Positions 9,882-21,803 of a stretch of DNA of 64,000 nucleotides are shown here, piece after piece. Under the pieces are notes generated by a model, which worked only from the letters and a program-made list of their open reading frames with translations, had not been told where the DNA came from and made no database searches. The stretch spans positions 1 to 64,000 of the forward strand of contig JBBCAX010000034.1 in assembly GCA_051382335.1 (NCBI GenBank), written 5' to 3'. Numbering within the stretch: position 1 is the stretch's first letter; every line of letters begins with the position of its first letter. This DNA is from Deltaproteobacteria bacterium TL4. GTDB taxonomy: Bacteria > SAR324 > NAC60-12. The position numbers and the translations under genes were made by a program.

Positions 9882-11954
9882 ATGAAACGACTGTTATGGC
9901 TGCTTCTTTTCGGCACAGTGGGATTCATAGGCTCAGGGCTGGTTGGTATGGTGTTGGCCTTTTTCCTATGGTATCCCGAAATGGTGCTCGATTTTGAGTA
10001 TGCCATAGCTCACTCTCCTCAAAACACGGTTCTCTATGATCTCCAAGGAAAGCCTTTTCACGTTTTGAAAGGTCTTGAAAACCGACGCATTATCCCTCAT
10101 GAACAAATCAGTAATTTTCTGATATTGAGTGTGCTTGCCGCTGAGGATGTTCGCTTTTTTCAACATCGGGGCATTGATGTATTCCGTTTGTTTAAAGCCT
10201 TATGGATTAACATTAGCAATGCCAGTTACAGCCAGGGAGCGAGCACCATCACTCAGCAACTCGCTAAAATCACGTTATTAACTCCGGAGCGGACGTTAAT
10301 TCGGAAATTTCGCGAAATCTTCATCGCGTGGGCCTTGGAACTCAAATATGATAAATTTCAAATTTTAGAATATTATTTGAATAGTATTTATCTGGGACAT
10401 GGAAATTATGGAGTGGAGCAAGCCTCACTTTCTTATTATCGGAAACATGCCTCAGCGTTGAATCTTGCTGAATCGGCAATGTTAGCGGGAATCATCAAGA
10501 AGCCTGAAAAACTGCTGAGATTCCCCACTCATAAAAAATCGGACTCCTCTCCCTATATTTCTGCATCCTTGATTCCGAAGGCTCTAAAAAGGCAAAGACT
10601 CATCCTTCGAAAACTGGTTTCTGTTCGTTGGATCACACCGGAGCAATACCAAAAAGCACTTCAAACCGAAGTTCGTATCCTGCCCACACGATCAAAATAT
10701 AAATCAGGTGCGTATTTTGTGCAGCACATCATCAATTTACTCAAAAACGAACACCATCTTAACTATATCAATGGAGGGGGGTATCAGGTCTATACGACTC
10801 TGGATTCCAACCTTCAGCAATATGGAGAAGCCCTTTTTGAACAATCCTTTGCGGAACTCTCCTTAAATGCCAAACAAGCGGCATTAGTCAGCATCGAACC
10901 TCAAACGGGATATGTTCGTTCACTGGTGGGAGGCTTGAATTTTGAGGATTCTCAATTCAACAGAGCAACACAAGCGCAACGACAACCAGGTTCCGCATTT
11001 AAAACCTTTGTTTATGCCACTGCGTTAGAACAAGGTTTTGCGCCAAATTCCTCATTTACGGATGAATCCTTGTCTTTTGAATGGGAGCGTGAGAATGGAG
11101 AGGTTGGCGTCTATGAACCTCGAAATTCCGATCGCTTATACGGTGCGGAACGTCCATTATTCAATTCATACCATGGAACTTATTTTGAAGATCAAATGAC
11201 TTTGGCAAAAGCGTTTGAGAAGTCCGTTAATAGTATTGCCGTACAACTCTTACATACAGTAGGCATTGACAACGTTATCCGAAATGTTAAAAACCTGGGC
11301 TTGACAATTCCATCAAATACAGGACTATGCCTCGCTTTGGGATGCGCTGAAGTTTCACTGTTGGACTTAACGGCGGCGTATACTCCTTTTATGAACAAAG
11401 GATTCTTCACTAAGCCTGTTTTTATTCTGAAGATACTCAACAATCAGGGACAGGTTCTTTATGAGCATTCACCTCAAGAAAAAGTCTCTGTTTTTTCAGA
11501 GTGGACGGTTCATCAAATGAATCAAATGCTGCATCAAGTTACTATGCGAGGGACAGGTAAAAACGCAAACTGGGAACATAACCACAGGTTTATTGCAGGA
11601 AAAACGGGAACAACGACGGATTACCGGGATGCTTGGTTTATTGGATTTTCTGCTGAATTAGCCACCGGCGTCTGGATCGGGCATGACGATAATACTCCGA
11701 TGTCAGGTGAAAGTGGAGGCAGAACCCCCGCCTTGCTATGGAAGTCCTTCATGAAAGAAGCCTTGTCTCAGGTACCCAATACCAATCAATGGGTAGGTTC
11801 TCCCTCGGTGAGCTTTCCAACCTGTACGGTATCAGGCGATTTGGCTACAGTCAATTGCCCGGACGTTGCCGACTATGACTATCCTTTAGATAAGATTCCT
11901 TATCGCCCTTGTGGATTGCACCCCGGGCAACTTTTGTCTGGAGGAGCTCCCTAA
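9882..11954 (+). CDS. Class A penicillin-binding protein (PBP1A family)
   Basis: Transglycosylase AEDVRFFQHRG and GASTITQQLAK; transpeptidase QPGSAFK, SVN, GKTGT. Confidence 0.93.
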   Translation: MKRLLWLLLFGTVGFIGSGLVGMVLAFFLWYPEMVLDFEYAIAHSPQNTVLYDLQGKPFHVLKGLENRRIIPHEQISNFLILSVLAAEDVRFFQHRGIDVFRLFKALWINISNASYSQGASTITQQLAKITLLTPERTLIRKFREIFIAWALELKYDKFQILEYYLNSIYLGHGNYGVEQASLSYYRKHASALNLAESAMLAGIIKKPEKLLRFPTHKKSDSSPYISASLIPKALKRQRLILRKLVSVRWITPEQYQKALQTEVRILPTRSKYKSGAYFVQHIINLLKNEHHLNYINGGGYQVYTTLDSNLQQYGEALFEQSFAELSLNAKQAALVSIEPQTGYVRSLVGGLNFEDSQFNRATQAQRQPGSAFKTFVYATALEQGFAPNSSFTDESLSFEWERENGEVGVYEPRNSDRLYGAERPLFNSYHGTYFEDQMTLAKAFEKSVNSIAVQLLHTVGIDNVIRNVKNLGLTIPSNTGLCLALGCAEVSLLDLTAAYTPFMNKGFFTKPVFILKILNNQGQVLYEHSPQEKVSVFSEWTVHQMNQMLHQVTMRGTGKNANWEHNHRFIAGKTGTTTDYRDAWFIGFSAELATGVWIGHDDNTPMSGESGGRTPALLWKSFMKEALSQVPNTNQWVGSPSVSFPTCTVSGDLATVNCPDVADYDYPLDKIPYRPCGLHPGQLLSGGAP

Positions 11955-11998
11955 CCCATATATGAGCTGGACTAACTACTGTTGCGGGAATTTTTTTT

Positions 11999-13126
11999 AT
12001 GGAAACAATAAACATTCTCATTGTTGATGATGAACAAGATTCATTGTATATTCATCGCAGTATTTTGGAGGCGCCCAGGCGTACGATTTACGAAGCTTCT
12101 TCTGGCCAAGAAGCCTTAGAACTGGTTAAAAATCATGAGTTTGCCTTGATCTTGATGGATATCCAAATGCCAGAGATGAGTGGCTTCGAAACTGTGGATC
12201 TGCTTCGTAAGAACGCTACCTCACAGTTGACTCCCATCATTTTCCTGACCGCACATAGCCGATCCCGACAATCCATTTTTCAGGGGTACGAGAAAGGAGC
12301 GGTAGATTATTTGTTTAAACCAGTTCCGTCTTACATCCTTGAAAGTAAAGTCAAGGTCTTCATTGACCTTTATCAGCACAGAAAACATTTAGAACAAACC
12401 TATACAGAATTACAAACATCCAAGGGGCAACTCCATCACTCTATGGAATTTTATTCCTTTTCTGAGCGGATTTGTGATATTGCTCACGACCTCAACCAGC
12501 CTTTGGGAAACATCCATCTGCTCGCAGAAGTTTTATGTGAAGACTGGCAGGAAGAACATCCCCATAGTCCCCATTTGGGAAAACTGGAAAAGATACTCGG
12601 GCAAGTGAAAAGAGCCTCACAACTGACAAATCATTTGCGAACCTTTTCCCGAAGTGTGCTTTCTGAAAAACAAGAAGCTAAAGACATCAACGCTATTATT
12701 CAAGGAACCCTGTTTCTGCTGAATGAGGAACTCAAAACACAAGGGATTGAGATCCTCCTGGCATTGGAAGAACCGCTTTCTCCTGTGTTTTGCTATGCTT
12801 TTCAAATAGAACAAGTCTTGATTCATTTGATCAACAACGCAAAAGAAGCGATGGAAACAACGAATCGAAAAGAGCTCAGGATTTCATCGTATGAAAAGGA
12901 AAGACAGGTTATTGTTGAGATAGCGGATACAGGTTGTGGAATTTCTGATGAGGTTAAAGCACAAATGTTTGAATCCTTTTTCACAACCAAAGAGGAAACA
13001 CGAATGGGACTAGGACTCTCTATCAGTGCGGGAATTCTTAAAAATCACCACGGAACGTTAAATATTGAAAGTAAAGAAGGCGAAGGCACACGGTGTGTTG
13101 TTCAACTTCCTCTGCCACTTCAATGA
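11999..13126 (+). CDS. Receiver domain fused to histidine kinase
   Basis: ILIVDDE...LMDIQMP; IAHDLNQPL; FFTTKE..MGLGL. Confidence 0.9.
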   Translation: METINILIVDDEQDSLYIHRSILEAPRRTIYEASSGQEALELVKNHEFALILMDIQMPEMSGFETVDLLRKNATSQLTPIIFLTAHSRSRQSIFQGYEKGAVDYLFKPVPSYILESKVKVFIDLYQHRKHLEQTYTELQTSKGQLHHSMEFYSFSERICDIAHDLNQPLGNIHLLAEVLCEDWQEEHPHSPHLGKLEKILGQVKRASQLTNHLRTFSRSVLSEKQEAKDINAIIQGTLFLLNEELKTQGIEILLALEEPLSPVFCYAFQIEQVLIHLINNAKEAMETTNRKELRISSYEKERQVIVEIADTGCGISDEVKAQMFESFFTTKEETRMGLGLSISAGILKNHHGTLNIESKEGEGTRCVVQLPLPLQ

Positions 13127-13145
13127 TGAAGGCTAATGGTTCTGA

Positions 13146-13746
13146 TCATTGAAGTGACTCGTGATGGGATTCCATCGCTTGGTATTGTTTTGCCAGTTCT
13201 TTTATTTCTGCGGAGACCTTCCGTTGCCGCTTCTCAAGTTCTAACTTCATTTCGCTTTGGGTTCTTAAAAACAGGTAGGCTTTAGCCTCTTCCAGGAAGA
13301 GCGTCTTTTTTTTCAAGAAATTGTAATGCCAGGATCCCTGTAATGGGTCCCAAGAAAAACAGCCACCATTCCCAGGGGGAACCCCATGCACTTTGGGCAT
13401 AAACACTCTCTACAACCCAAAACAGGGGATATGCGGCAAAACCACCTGTAATTTTCATCGTAGCAGAAAGATCCGGCTTATAGGCGGTATACTTGGCGAA
13501 ATACCTTGAGGTATGCCATAAGGAGGCTTTTGCCAGAAACCTCGGGACACGCGGCAGAAAGGCGCCCACCATGTGGATTCACTGCGGAATTGGTATGATT
13601 CGCAACCATCACAACGGGTTTGTTGAGTGGTATATTTTCAAGGCCTACCACTTCAATCTCGCTAAAAAAAGCCCGAAGCAGAACTCGAAGAAATGCTGCT
13701 AATAATCGGTCGGCAAGTTTTCGTATTATTTTTTAAAGAAATTCAT
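13146..13746 (-). pseudogene. Decayed PlsC-like acyltransferase with C-terminal TM region
   Basis: Minus strand gives FFSEIEVVGLENIPLNKPVVMVANHTNSAV, then a frame change to GAFLPRVPRFLAKASLW, then TM-like segments. Early stop after an A6 run (~13729), further frameshifts, and too short for the family. Confidence 0.7.
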
Positions 13747-13748
13747 AC

Positions 13749-14789
13749 TTACTGCTTCGCTTCCTTGATATCTTCCCGGACCATCTCCTGAACCAACTGC
13801 TCTAGTGTATAAGTTGGTTTCCATCCCAGTATTTCTTTCGCCTTCGTGGCGTCACCAATCAGCAATTCAACTTCTGTTGGACGAAAATACTCAGGATCTA
13901 CTTGAACCACAACTTTCCCATTTTTCGAGTTGAGGCCTTTTTCGTTGACGCCTTCGCCTTCCCACTCAATAGAAACACCAACTTCCCGGAACGCCATATT
14001 AACAAAATCACGAATTTTTGTGGTAATTCCTGTGGCAATAACAAAATCATCTGGTTTTTCTACCTGTAGAATTTTCCACATAGCTTCCACATAATCTTTG
14101 GCATGTCCCCAGTCTCTTTGAGAATCAAGGTTTCCCAAGAACAACTGCTCTTGCTTGCCGAGAGAAATTCGAGCTACGGCGCGTGTTATTTTACGGGTTA
14201 CAAAGGTTTCTCCACGTAAAGGGGACTCATGGTTAAATAAAATACCATTTGAGGCAAACATGTTATAGGCTTCCCGGTAATTGACGGTAATCCAATAAGC
14301 ATAAAGCTTGGCGGCAGCATAAGGGGAACGTGGATAAAAAGGGGTTGTTTCTTTTTGGGGAACTTCTTGAACCAAGCCATACAACTCACTGGTTGAGGCT
14401 TGATAAAAACGAGTTTTTTCGACAAGTCCCAAAAGTCGAATCGCGTCTAAAATCCTCAAAGCGCCTAAACCATCCGTGTTCGCGGTATATTCAGGAGTAT
14501 CAAACGATACTTTTACATGACTCTGTGCCGCTAAATTATAAATCTCAGTGGGTTGAACCTCCTGGATGATACGAGTCAGATTGACTGAATCCGTCATATC
14601 ACCGTAGTGAAGAATGAAGTTTCGTTGTTCTATATGAGGATCCTGATAAAGATTTTCAATTCGCTTGGTATTGAATGATGAAGAACGTCTCTTAATACCA
14701 TGGACTATATAGCCTTTTTTTAAGAGCAACTCCGCGAGATAGGCACCATCTTGCCCTGTAATTCCTGTAATTAACGCAACTTTATTCAT
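13749..14789 (-). CDS. gmd: GDP-mannose 4,6-dehydratase
   Basis: [53 protein letters not shown]. Confidence 0.97.
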   Translation of the reverse strand: MNKVALITGITGQDGAYLAELLLKKGYIVHGIKRRSSSFNTKRIENLYQDPHIEQRNFILHYGDMTDSVNLTRIIQEVQPTEIYNLAAQSHVKVSFDTPEYTANTDGLGALRILDAIRLLGLVEKTRFYQASTSELYGLVQEVPQKETTPFYPRSPYAAAKLYAYWITVNYREAYNMFASNGILFNHESPLRGETFVTRKITRAVARISLGKQEQLFLGNLDSQRDWGHAKDYVEAMWKILQVEKPDDFVIATGITTKIRDFVNMAFREVGVSIEWEGEGVNEKGLNSKNGKVVVQVDPEYFRPTEVELLIGDATKAKEILGWKPTYTLEQLVQEMVREDIKEAKQ

Positions 14790-14868
14790 AATAACAACAT
14801 GCTAGGGTTAAAGGTTTCATACTTCAAGTGAAATATCGCATTTCAGCGACAGAATTGGCTATGAAATT

Positions 14869-17800
14869 TTAAAAGGGCAGAGGTTCATAGCTAAATTTAC
14901 GAGGTTTAAGTGTCAAGGCATGGACAAATTGTTCAGCGGCCTCAATAGTTGTACAATAGGGTAAATTATATTGCAAAGTCATACGTCGGATATGTCTTGG
15001 ATCCATGATATGTTTCCATCGATGCTTGGTGTTGATAACCAGGGCCAGTTCTTTTCGCTGCATGTATTCAAATACGCTATTTTTCCTATTAAAATTTAAA
15101 TGTGTTTTAATGACCTTTGTAACCCCAGCCTCTTTCAACATGTCCAATGTGTCTTGTGTCGCCAAAATCATATACCCCAAACTTTCGAGTTCCAGCGCAA
15201 CGGGTGTCACAGATTGCTGGTCTTTATCCAAAACGCCAATGAAAACATACCCTTTTTCTTGAATGCGACCGTATACGGCAACCTGAGATTTAAGAAAGGC
15301 TTCTTTGAAGGTCCGCGCACGTCCCATGACTTCGCCTGTGGATTTCATTTCGGGGCCTAATTCTGTGTCAGAGCCCGCAAATCGCGCAAAAGGAAAAACG
15401 GTTTCTTTGACTGAAAAATATTCAGGGACTTGATATTTGAATCCAATACTTTCCATGGATTCACCCAGCATCAAACGAGTTGCGTATCTCGCAATCGGGT
15501 GTCCAATAGCTTTACTCACAAAGGGAACTGTGCGGGAGGCACGGGGATTGACTTCAAGAACGTAAAGTTCCTGATCTTTGATGGCGAACTGAATATTCAT
15601 CAAACCTTTGATTTTTAATTCACGAGCCAAAGCAAAACTCTGTTGCTTTAGCTGTTCTAACGCATTTTCTTTGAGTTGGTAAGGCGGTAGAGAACAGGCG
15701 CTGTCACCTGAATGTATTCCCGCACGTTCAATATGTTCCATAATCCCCGCGATTTCAAAATTTTCCGAATCCCCCAGCAAATCCACATCGATTTCCGTGG
15801 CGTTCAATAAAAATTTATCAATCAGGACAGGGTGTTCGGGAGAGACCTTGACCGCTGCGGCAAAATATTCTGCCAATTCTGATTCTGAATAAACGATCAT
15901 CATTGCACGTCCGCCTAAAACATAAGAAGGACGTACTAACAAAGGATAGCCTATCCTTTCACCAATTTCATAAGCTTCATCCAGGGAATCGGCCATTCCA
16001 TTTGGAGGTTGTTTCAAATTTAATTTATCCAGCAGTTGAACAAATAATTCACGATCTTCCGCTCGATCAATACTTTCAAAAGAAGTTCCCAATAAAGGCA
16101 CACCGGCCTCATTCAGGGGTTTTGCCAATTTTAAGGGTGTTTGTCCACCCAATTGTACAATCACACCGAGGGGGTTCTCTTTTTCGATGATATGCATCAC
16201 ATCTTCGAAAGTAATTGGCTCAAAATAAAGCCTATCTGAAGTGTCATAATCGGTACTTACCGTTTCGGGATTGCAGTTCACCATGATCGATTCATATCCT
16301 TGTTCTCGAATAGCGAAAGCCGCATGAACGCAACAATAGTCAAACTCAATGCCCTGTCCAATCCGATTAGGTCCGCTTCCTAAAATAATAACTTTCGGTT
16401 TTTCTGTTGGAATTGATTCATTTTCATCTTCATAGGTGGAATAAAAATAGGGAGTTTCCGAAGGAAATTCCGCGGCACACGTATCTACCAATTTGAAAAC
16501 TGGCAGGATCTTCCAGTTTTTACGTGTTCGAGTGACTTCGGTTTCTTGACTATTTAAGAGCTTTGCCAACCGGCTATCCGAAAACCCTAATTTTTTCCAG
16601 GAACGTAAAATTTGTGGCGTAATACTCTCCAGTGTTTGTTTTCTGATGACTTGTTCTTCCTCAACCAGGGAGCGAATCTGAGCTAGAAACCAAGGATCAA
16701 TTTTGGTGATCGCAAAGAGTTTTTCATCACTCCACTCTCTTCGCATTGCATCTGCCAAAAACCACAAGCGATTACTGCTAGGCTTGGATAATTGGCGCAG
16801 AAGAAAGCTTTCTTGTTTCTTTTCTTTGCGCCCTTCATAGTCAGGTTCATCAAGCCCCATAGTTCCCGTTTCCAAAGATCGCAATGCTTTCTGCAACGAT
16901 TCCCTAAATGTTCGACCGATGGACATGATCTCTCCTACCGATTTCATTTGGGTCCCCAAACAATCTTCACTTAGAGGAAACTTTTCAAAGGTAAAGCGGG
17001 GAATTTTTGTAACCACATAATCTAGGGCAGGTTCAAAGCACGCGGGTGTCTTTTTCGTGATATCATTAGAAATTTCGTCCAGTGTATAGCCTACTGCCAA
17101 CTTCGCCGCAAACTTAGCAATCGGGAAACCGGTCGCTTTAGAGGCCAGAGCGGAGCTGCGAGAAACTCTAGGGTTCATTTCAATAACCATGATTTCCCCA
17201 TTTTTGGGATTCACGGCAAACTGAATATTGGATCCTCCGGTGTCAACTCCAATTTCACGGATAATGGCCAAAGACATGTCTCTCAAATTTTGATATTCAA
17301 CATCGGTCAATGTTTGAGCAGGAGCGATCGTAATGCTGTCTCCTGTGTGTATTCCCATCGGATCCAGGTTTTCAATCGAACAGACAATCACAACATTATC
17401 CCGTGTGTCTCTCATCACTTCCAATTCATACTCCTTCCAACCCAGTACTGATTGTTCTATCAGAACCTCAGTTGTAGGAGAGGCAATCAAGCCTCTGATA
17501 ACAATATCCGTTAACTGCTTTTTATCATAGGCGATGCCTCCTCCGGAACCTCCTAGCGTAAAGGAAGGACGGATAATCAAAGGATACCCCAATTCTCCCG
17601 TGACCACGTAGGCTTCCTTCACTGAGTGAACAATTCGACCAACCGGGACTTTATATCCAATTTTCCGCATGGCTTTCGCAAATTGTTCTCTGTTTTCAGC
17701 CTTATGAATCGCTGAAATCTTGGCACCAATCAACTCAACATGGTATTGATCCAATATTCCAGCCTCATGTAATTGTACCGCCATATTCAGTGCGGTTTGC

Positions 17801-18075
17801 CCCCCCATCGTCGGAAGCAGAGCATCCGGCCGCTCCCGACGAATAATAGCTTCCAAAGCAGTGACATTGATCGGTTCAATGTAGGTTGCATCAACCAAAC
17901 CTGGGTCTGTCATGATTGTGGCTGGATTGCTGTTAATTAGTATGACGCGGTATCCTTCCTCTTTAAGAGCTTTACACGCTTGAGTTCCACTGTAGTCGAA
18001 TTCACACGCCTGTCCTATGACAATTGGTCCTGACCCTATCAGTAATATTGATTTAATATCTGTTCGTTTCGGCAT
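14869..18075 (-). CDS. carB: Carbamoyl-phosphate synthase large subunit
   Basis: [30 protein letters not shown]; duplicated ATP-grasp halves; 1068 aa. Confidence 0.98.
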   Translation of the reverse strand: MPKRTDIKSILLIGSGPIVIGQACEFDYSGTQACKALKEEGYRVILINSNPATIMTDPGLVDATYIEPINVTALEAIIRRERPDALLPTMGGQTALNMAVQLHEAGILDQYHVELIGAKISAIHKAENREQFAKAMRKIGYKVPVGRIVHSVKEAYVVTGELGYPLIIRPSFTLGGSGGGIAYDKKQLTDIVIRGLIASPTTEVLIEQSVLGWKEYELEVMRDTRDNVVIVCSIENLDPMGIHTGDSITIAPAQTLTDVEYQNLRDMSLAIIREIGVDTGGSNIQFAVNPKNGEIMVIEMNPRVSRSSALASKATGFPIAKFAAKLAVGYTLDEISNDITKKTPACFEPALDYVVTKIPRFTFEKFPLSEDCLGTQMKSVGEIMSIGRTFRESLQKALRSLETGTMGLDEPDYEGRKEKKQESFLLRQLSKPSSNRLWFLADAMRREWSDEKLFAITKIDPWFLAQIRSLVEEEQVIRKQTLESITPQILRSWKKLGFSDSRLAKLLNSQETEVTRTRKNWKILPVFKLVDTCAAEFPSETPYFYSTYEDENESIPTEKPKVIILGSGPNRIGQGIEFDYCCVHAAFAIREQGYESIMVNCNPETVSTDYDTSDRLYFEPITFEDVMHIIEKENPLGVIVQLGGQTPLKLAKPLNEAGVPLLGTSFESIDRAEDRELFVQLLDKLNLKQPPNGMADSLDEAYEIGERIGYPLLVRPSYVLGGRAMMIVYSESELAEYFAAAVKVSPEHPVLIDKFLLNATEIDVDLLGDSENFEIAGIMEHIERAGIHSGDSACSLPPYQLKENALEQLKQQSFALARELKIKGLMNIQFAIKDQELYVLEVNPRASRTVPFVSKAIGHPIARYATRLMLGESMESIGFKYQVPEYFSVKETVFPFARFAGSDTELGPEMKSTGEVMGRARTFKEAFLKSQVAVYGRIQEKGYVFIGVLDKDQQSVTPVALELESLGYMILATQDTLDMLKEAGVTKVIKTHLNFNRKNSVFEYMQRKELALVINTKHRWKHIMDPRHIRRMTLQYNLPYCTTIEAAEQFVHALTLKPRKFSYEPLPF

Positions 18076-18373
18076 ATAATTAGTAAAATGAGGTTATATC
18101 TGGAGATATGATCAAATCTTGTTTTCGTTGTATCATCAGAATAAAAAGGCTTCTTTGTTCAAACATTGTACCTAAACTTGGCTACGGTCATAAGTTACAA
18201 GCATTTATTCAAAAAATAAAGTCGGTATGAAAAATAATGTATCTTTCGTTTAGAAAATACATTAAAAACCTGCCAAAGAACTACTGGGACGACGATCACA
18301 AGTCCGATTTGAGGATCCCGCTCATGAGGAACCAAAATAAAACTCAAAAACAGGCTCAGCGTTAACCACTTTT

Positions 18374-19084
18374 TTAAGCCGTTTGTTCAATGACCTCTTG
18401 CTCATAATCTCCTGTGAATTGGAGGATCTCCTTCTCTGTAGTCAGGTGAAAATAATATTTTCGAAAGGCTTCTCCAATTTGCTCATAAGGGAGATCGTCA
18501 TATTGTCCATGATCATTGACATACTCCATAAAGTGATTTCCTCTTTGATCATATTCTTGAAAAACGGAGTCTTCTTTACCATTAAAATCAAGAGGGGCAA
18601 CATTAAAATGTTCACATAAGGCAAGGTTAAAGGCTGGAGTTGCTTTAACCCATTTGCCTTCCAGATAAAGCTCGGTGTACCCATGATAGCGAAAAATGTC
18701 ACTCCGTAATAATTTGAGAAATCGGCCTGTCGCCAGATGATTTTTTACATCCGCAAAACCTAAACGACTGGGAATTCCTTCCGCACGCGCAACCGCAGCC
18801 AAGGCCACGGCCTTTGAAATGCAATTTCCGTATTTCTTCTCCAAAACGAAACTGGCTTTAAGACCTGTTCGTGTCATCTCAGCTTTATAAGGATCATATT
18901 TAATCCCATCCCGAACAGCATAATAGAGCTTGATCGCTTTCTCAACAGGTGAGGTTTCGCCTGCAGTCACCTGCCTGGCAAAACTTGTGACCTGGAAAGA
19001 GTCACTATCAATAAAAGCCGTAGCCTGTAGATTACGTTGCATTCCTTTTGTATTCTCTATATCGGACATGTGCACCTCCTTCAT
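18374..19084 (-). CDS. Transglutaminase-like domain protein
   Basis: LYYAVRDGIKYDPY, GNCISKA, GIPSRLGFADVKNH, HGYTELYLEGKWVKATP. Confidence 0.85.
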   Translation of the reverse strand: MKEVHMSDIENTKGMQRNLQATAFIDSDSFQVTSFARQVTAGETSPVEKAIKLYYAVRDGIKYDPYKAEMTRTGLKASFVLEKKYGNCISKAVALAAVARAEGIPSRLGFADVKNHLATGRFLKLLRSDIFRYHGYTELYLEGKWVKATPAFNLALCEHFNVAPLDFNGKEDSVFQEYDQRGNHFMEYVNDHGQYDDLPYEQIGEAFRKYYFHLTTEKEILQFTGDYEQEVIEQTA

Positions 19085-19153
19085 TTGATGTGATTATTTT
19101 AGTTTTCTCATGACAGGCACCCACCATCCCTCAGAGACTCGCTTCTGTTTTTC

Positions 19154-19753
19154 CTATGAATTTTTTCCGATCCCTTTAAAGAAAATATCGGTATAAATTT
19201 CAGCTAACTGTGCGAATGTTAACTTACGATCTCGATACCACTCAAGTGTCCAGTTAATTCCCCCAAACAGGAATAATCGGGAAACACTTAAATCAATATC
19301 CGCTCTTAGCGCACCTTGCTCTTGTGCTTCAATTAAGAGTTGCTTCCAGTAGTTATCATAATCATCGCGAAGGAATTGAGTTCGTTCACGAATTGCTTCT
19401 GGCGCATATTTAAAAACTCGAATATGAGTTGCGGTAAAGTCATCTAACGCAACCAACGTATTCAAATGAGCTTCAACGCCTACCTTGACTTTCTCATAAC
19501 TTGTGGCCTTATCCGGCAACGCTTGGATTGCGGTTTGGACCTCTGTCCAAACTTGGCTGATGCCATATTCAAGAACTTTTTCAAGAATTTCATCTTTTGA
19601 ACCAAAATGGTAGTAGATACTTCCCGCCTTCAGGTTACATTCTTTCGCAATTTCCCTCAGAGTTGTTTCCGCATAACCCTTATGACGAAACAGCTTTGCC
19701 GCAGCATTAAGTACTCTAACTCGGGTTTCATCCACTTTAAATGGCTTTTCCAT
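19154..19753 (-). CDS. TetR/AcrR family regulator
   Basis: AAAKLFRHKGYAETTLREIA...GSIYYHFGSKDEIL helix-turn-helix. Confidence 0.93.
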   Translation of the reverse strand: MEKPFKVDETRVRVLNAAAKLFRHKGYAETTLREIAKECNLKAGSIYYHFGSKDEILEKVLEYGISQVWTEVQTAIQALPDKATSYEKVKVGVEAHLNTLVALDDFTATHIRVFKYAPEAIRERTQFLRDDYDNYWKQLLIEAQEQGALRADIDLSVSRLFLFGGINWTLEWYRDRKLTFAQLAEIYTDIFFKGIGKNS

Positions 19754-19793
19754 CGTTTTGTCAGCAAATAGTTTTATATCTGAAGGGCAATCT

Positions 19794-19941
19794 CTAGGTG
19801 GCTGTCCGAGAATGGAGGTAGGGTGTGCTTAAGCGAAGCGAGCGCACCAGAAAGCTTACTGTCCCTTTATTTTTGGTGCGCTCGCTTCGCTTAAGCGGCA
19901 CCCTACTTATGCTCACCTTCTATTCTCGGACAGTCTCCTAG
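19794..19941. mobile_element. Palindromic MITE-like element enclosing an inverted GTAG-REP pair
   Basis: Ends CTAGGTGGCTGTCCGAGAAT / ATTCTCGGACAGTCTCCTAG. Internal GTAGGGTGTGCTTAAGCGAAGCGAGCGCACCA (19818-19849) has an inverted copy at 19874-19906. Confidence 0.75.
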
Positions 19942-19956
19942 CTTGACGCCTATCAA

Positions 19957-19972
19957 TCTAACGTTTGTTAGA
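19957..19972. promoter_or_regulatory. Candidate TetR operator palindrome TCTAAC-N4-GTTAGA
   Basis: Perfect 6-bp inverted repeat in the divergent region between the tetR and oxidase genes. Confidence 0.45.
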
Positions 19973-20243
19973 ATTCTATAAAAACTATCTCCATTTGTCA
20001 ATTCAGAACTTTGACTCATGAGTTCTCAAGAAGTGACTCCTGCTTGAAACTTCAATAAAAAGGTGTATTGGTAGGAAAATTTTTTTTCCATTCCATGAAA
20101 CGTGTTTTTCCTGGCATAAAAATAAGGCATTCTACCGGATGAGTAGCAGGGAAGCCGCCTGTTGAATTTTTTTCAAATCTTGTTTTTCAGAGCACATCCG
20201 TGATGAGTTCATTATTGATTCGTTCAAACTAATAGAGGGTCTG

Positions 20244-21803
20244 ATGATAAAAAGTGACTATGACTACATCATAATAGGCAGTGGATTTGGAGGATCGGTT
20301 TCGGCCTTACGTCTTTCGGAGAAAGGTTATAAAGTTTTGGTCTTGGAAAAAGGCAAATGGTTAGGCGCAAAAGATTTTCCTAAAACAAACTGGAATTTAA
20401 AGAAATGGATGTGGATGCCTGCGTTGGGTTGGTTTGGTCTGTTTAAAATGACAGTTTTCCGGCACGTAGCCATTCTTTCCGGAGTGGGTGTTGGAGGTGG
20501 TTCGCTGGTTTATGCGAATACGCTTCCTGTGCCTAAAATTAGATTCTATAAGGCCAAAGAATGGGCGCATTTGGCAGACTGGGAAAAAGAACTGGTACCT
20601 TTCTATCAAACAGCACTGACCATGTTAGGGGCGACCACAAATCCCAGACTGGAGGCCGGTGATAAAGCCTTACAGCAACTGGCAAAAGAAATTGGACGTG
20701 AAGAGCATTTTGAAAAGACGGAAGTTGGCGTCTTTTTTGGTAAACCGGAAGTTACTGTCCCCGATCCTTACTTCAAGGGGGAAGGGCCAGAGCGACAGGG
20801 CTGTAATTTGTGCGGCTCCTGCATGACGGGATGCCCCAATAACGCAAAAAACTCCTTGGACAAAAACTATCTACACCTTGCTCGCCGGAAAGGCGCAACC
20901 ATTCAGGCGGAATCAGAAGTCTATGATGTCATTCCAAACGGGGAAGAGGGGCAAAACGGATACACCGTTAAATGGAAATCATCCACAGCATTGAAAAAAC
21001 AAAAGGGCGAATTTCATTGTAAAGGCGTGATTTTTTCAGGTGGTGTCCTGGGGACAGTCGAACTCTTGTTAAAATTAAAAAAAAGCTCCCTCCCCCGTCT
21101 TTCCAATCGGGTAGGTTTTAATGTTCTGACAAACTCCGAAAGTTTGATCCCCATCACGTCCTACGATAACAAGGCTGTATTTTCAAAAGGTATTGCTATC
21201 GGTTCTATTCTGCACACTGACGAAAACAGTCATGTCGAACCTGTACGTAATGGTCCGGGGAATGGTTTTTGGCGATTACTCCTTGCCCCTATGATTCACG
21301 AAAAACGTGTCTGGGAACGAATTGGAAAACTGGGAATGGACTATCTTAAGCACCCTATCAATAATCTAAGAATCGCGACAGTGAAGGACTGGTCTCGGCA
21401 GACTCAGATCTTCATGTTCATGCAAACGATCAATAGCAAATTGCGGTTTTCTTTAGGGACGCTAGGTTTACAAACTTCAATTGATGAAGGTGAACCTCCC
21501 ACTGCGTTCATTCCAGAGGCAAAAGAATTAGCCACCCAATATGCACGAATACTCAATGGAAAACCAACAACGCTGATCAACGAAACTCTGTTGGGAATCC
21601 CCACAACCGCCCATATTTTGGGAGGTTCCATGATGGGAATGACTGCAGAAGACGGCGTGATTGACAAGAACAACCGGGTTTTTGGTTATGACAACATGTT
21701 CGTCTGTGATGGCTCAATGATTTCTGCGAATCCAGGTGTCAACCCTTCTCTCTCTATTACGGCTATTTCGGAACGGGCCATGAGTTTGATTCCTCATAAA
21801 TAA
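20244..21803 (+). CDS. GMC-family FAD oxidoreductase, cholesterol oxidase (ChoD)-like
   Basis: IIGSGFGGSVSALRLSEKGY, GVGGGSLVYAN, CNLCGSCMTGC, TAHILGG, NPGVNPSLSITAISERAM. Confidence 0.88.
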   Translation: MIKSDYDYIIIGSGFGGSVSALRLSEKGYKVLVLEKGKWLGAKDFPKTNWNLKKWMWMPALGWFGLFKMTVFRHVAILSGVGVGGGSLVYANTLPVPKIRFYKAKEWAHLADWEKELVPFYQTALTMLGATTNPRLEAGDKALQQLAKEIGREEHFEKTEVGVFFGKPEVTVPDPYFKGEGPERQGCNLCGSCMTGCPNNAKNSLDKNYLHLARRKGATIQAESEVYDVIPNGEEGQNGYTVKWKSSTALKKQKGEFHCKGVIFSGGVLGTVELLLKLKKSSLPRLSNRVGFNVLTNSESLIPITSYDNKAVFSKGIAIGSILHTDENSHVEPVRNGPGNGFWRLLLAPMIHEKRVWERIGKLGMDYLKHPINNLRIATVKDWSRQTQIFMFMQTINSKLRFSLGTLGLQTSIDEGEPPTAFIPEAKELATQYARILNGKPTTLINETLLGIPTTAHILGGSMMGMTAEDGVIDKNNRVFGYDNMFVCDGSMISANPGVNPSLSITAISERAMSLIPHK

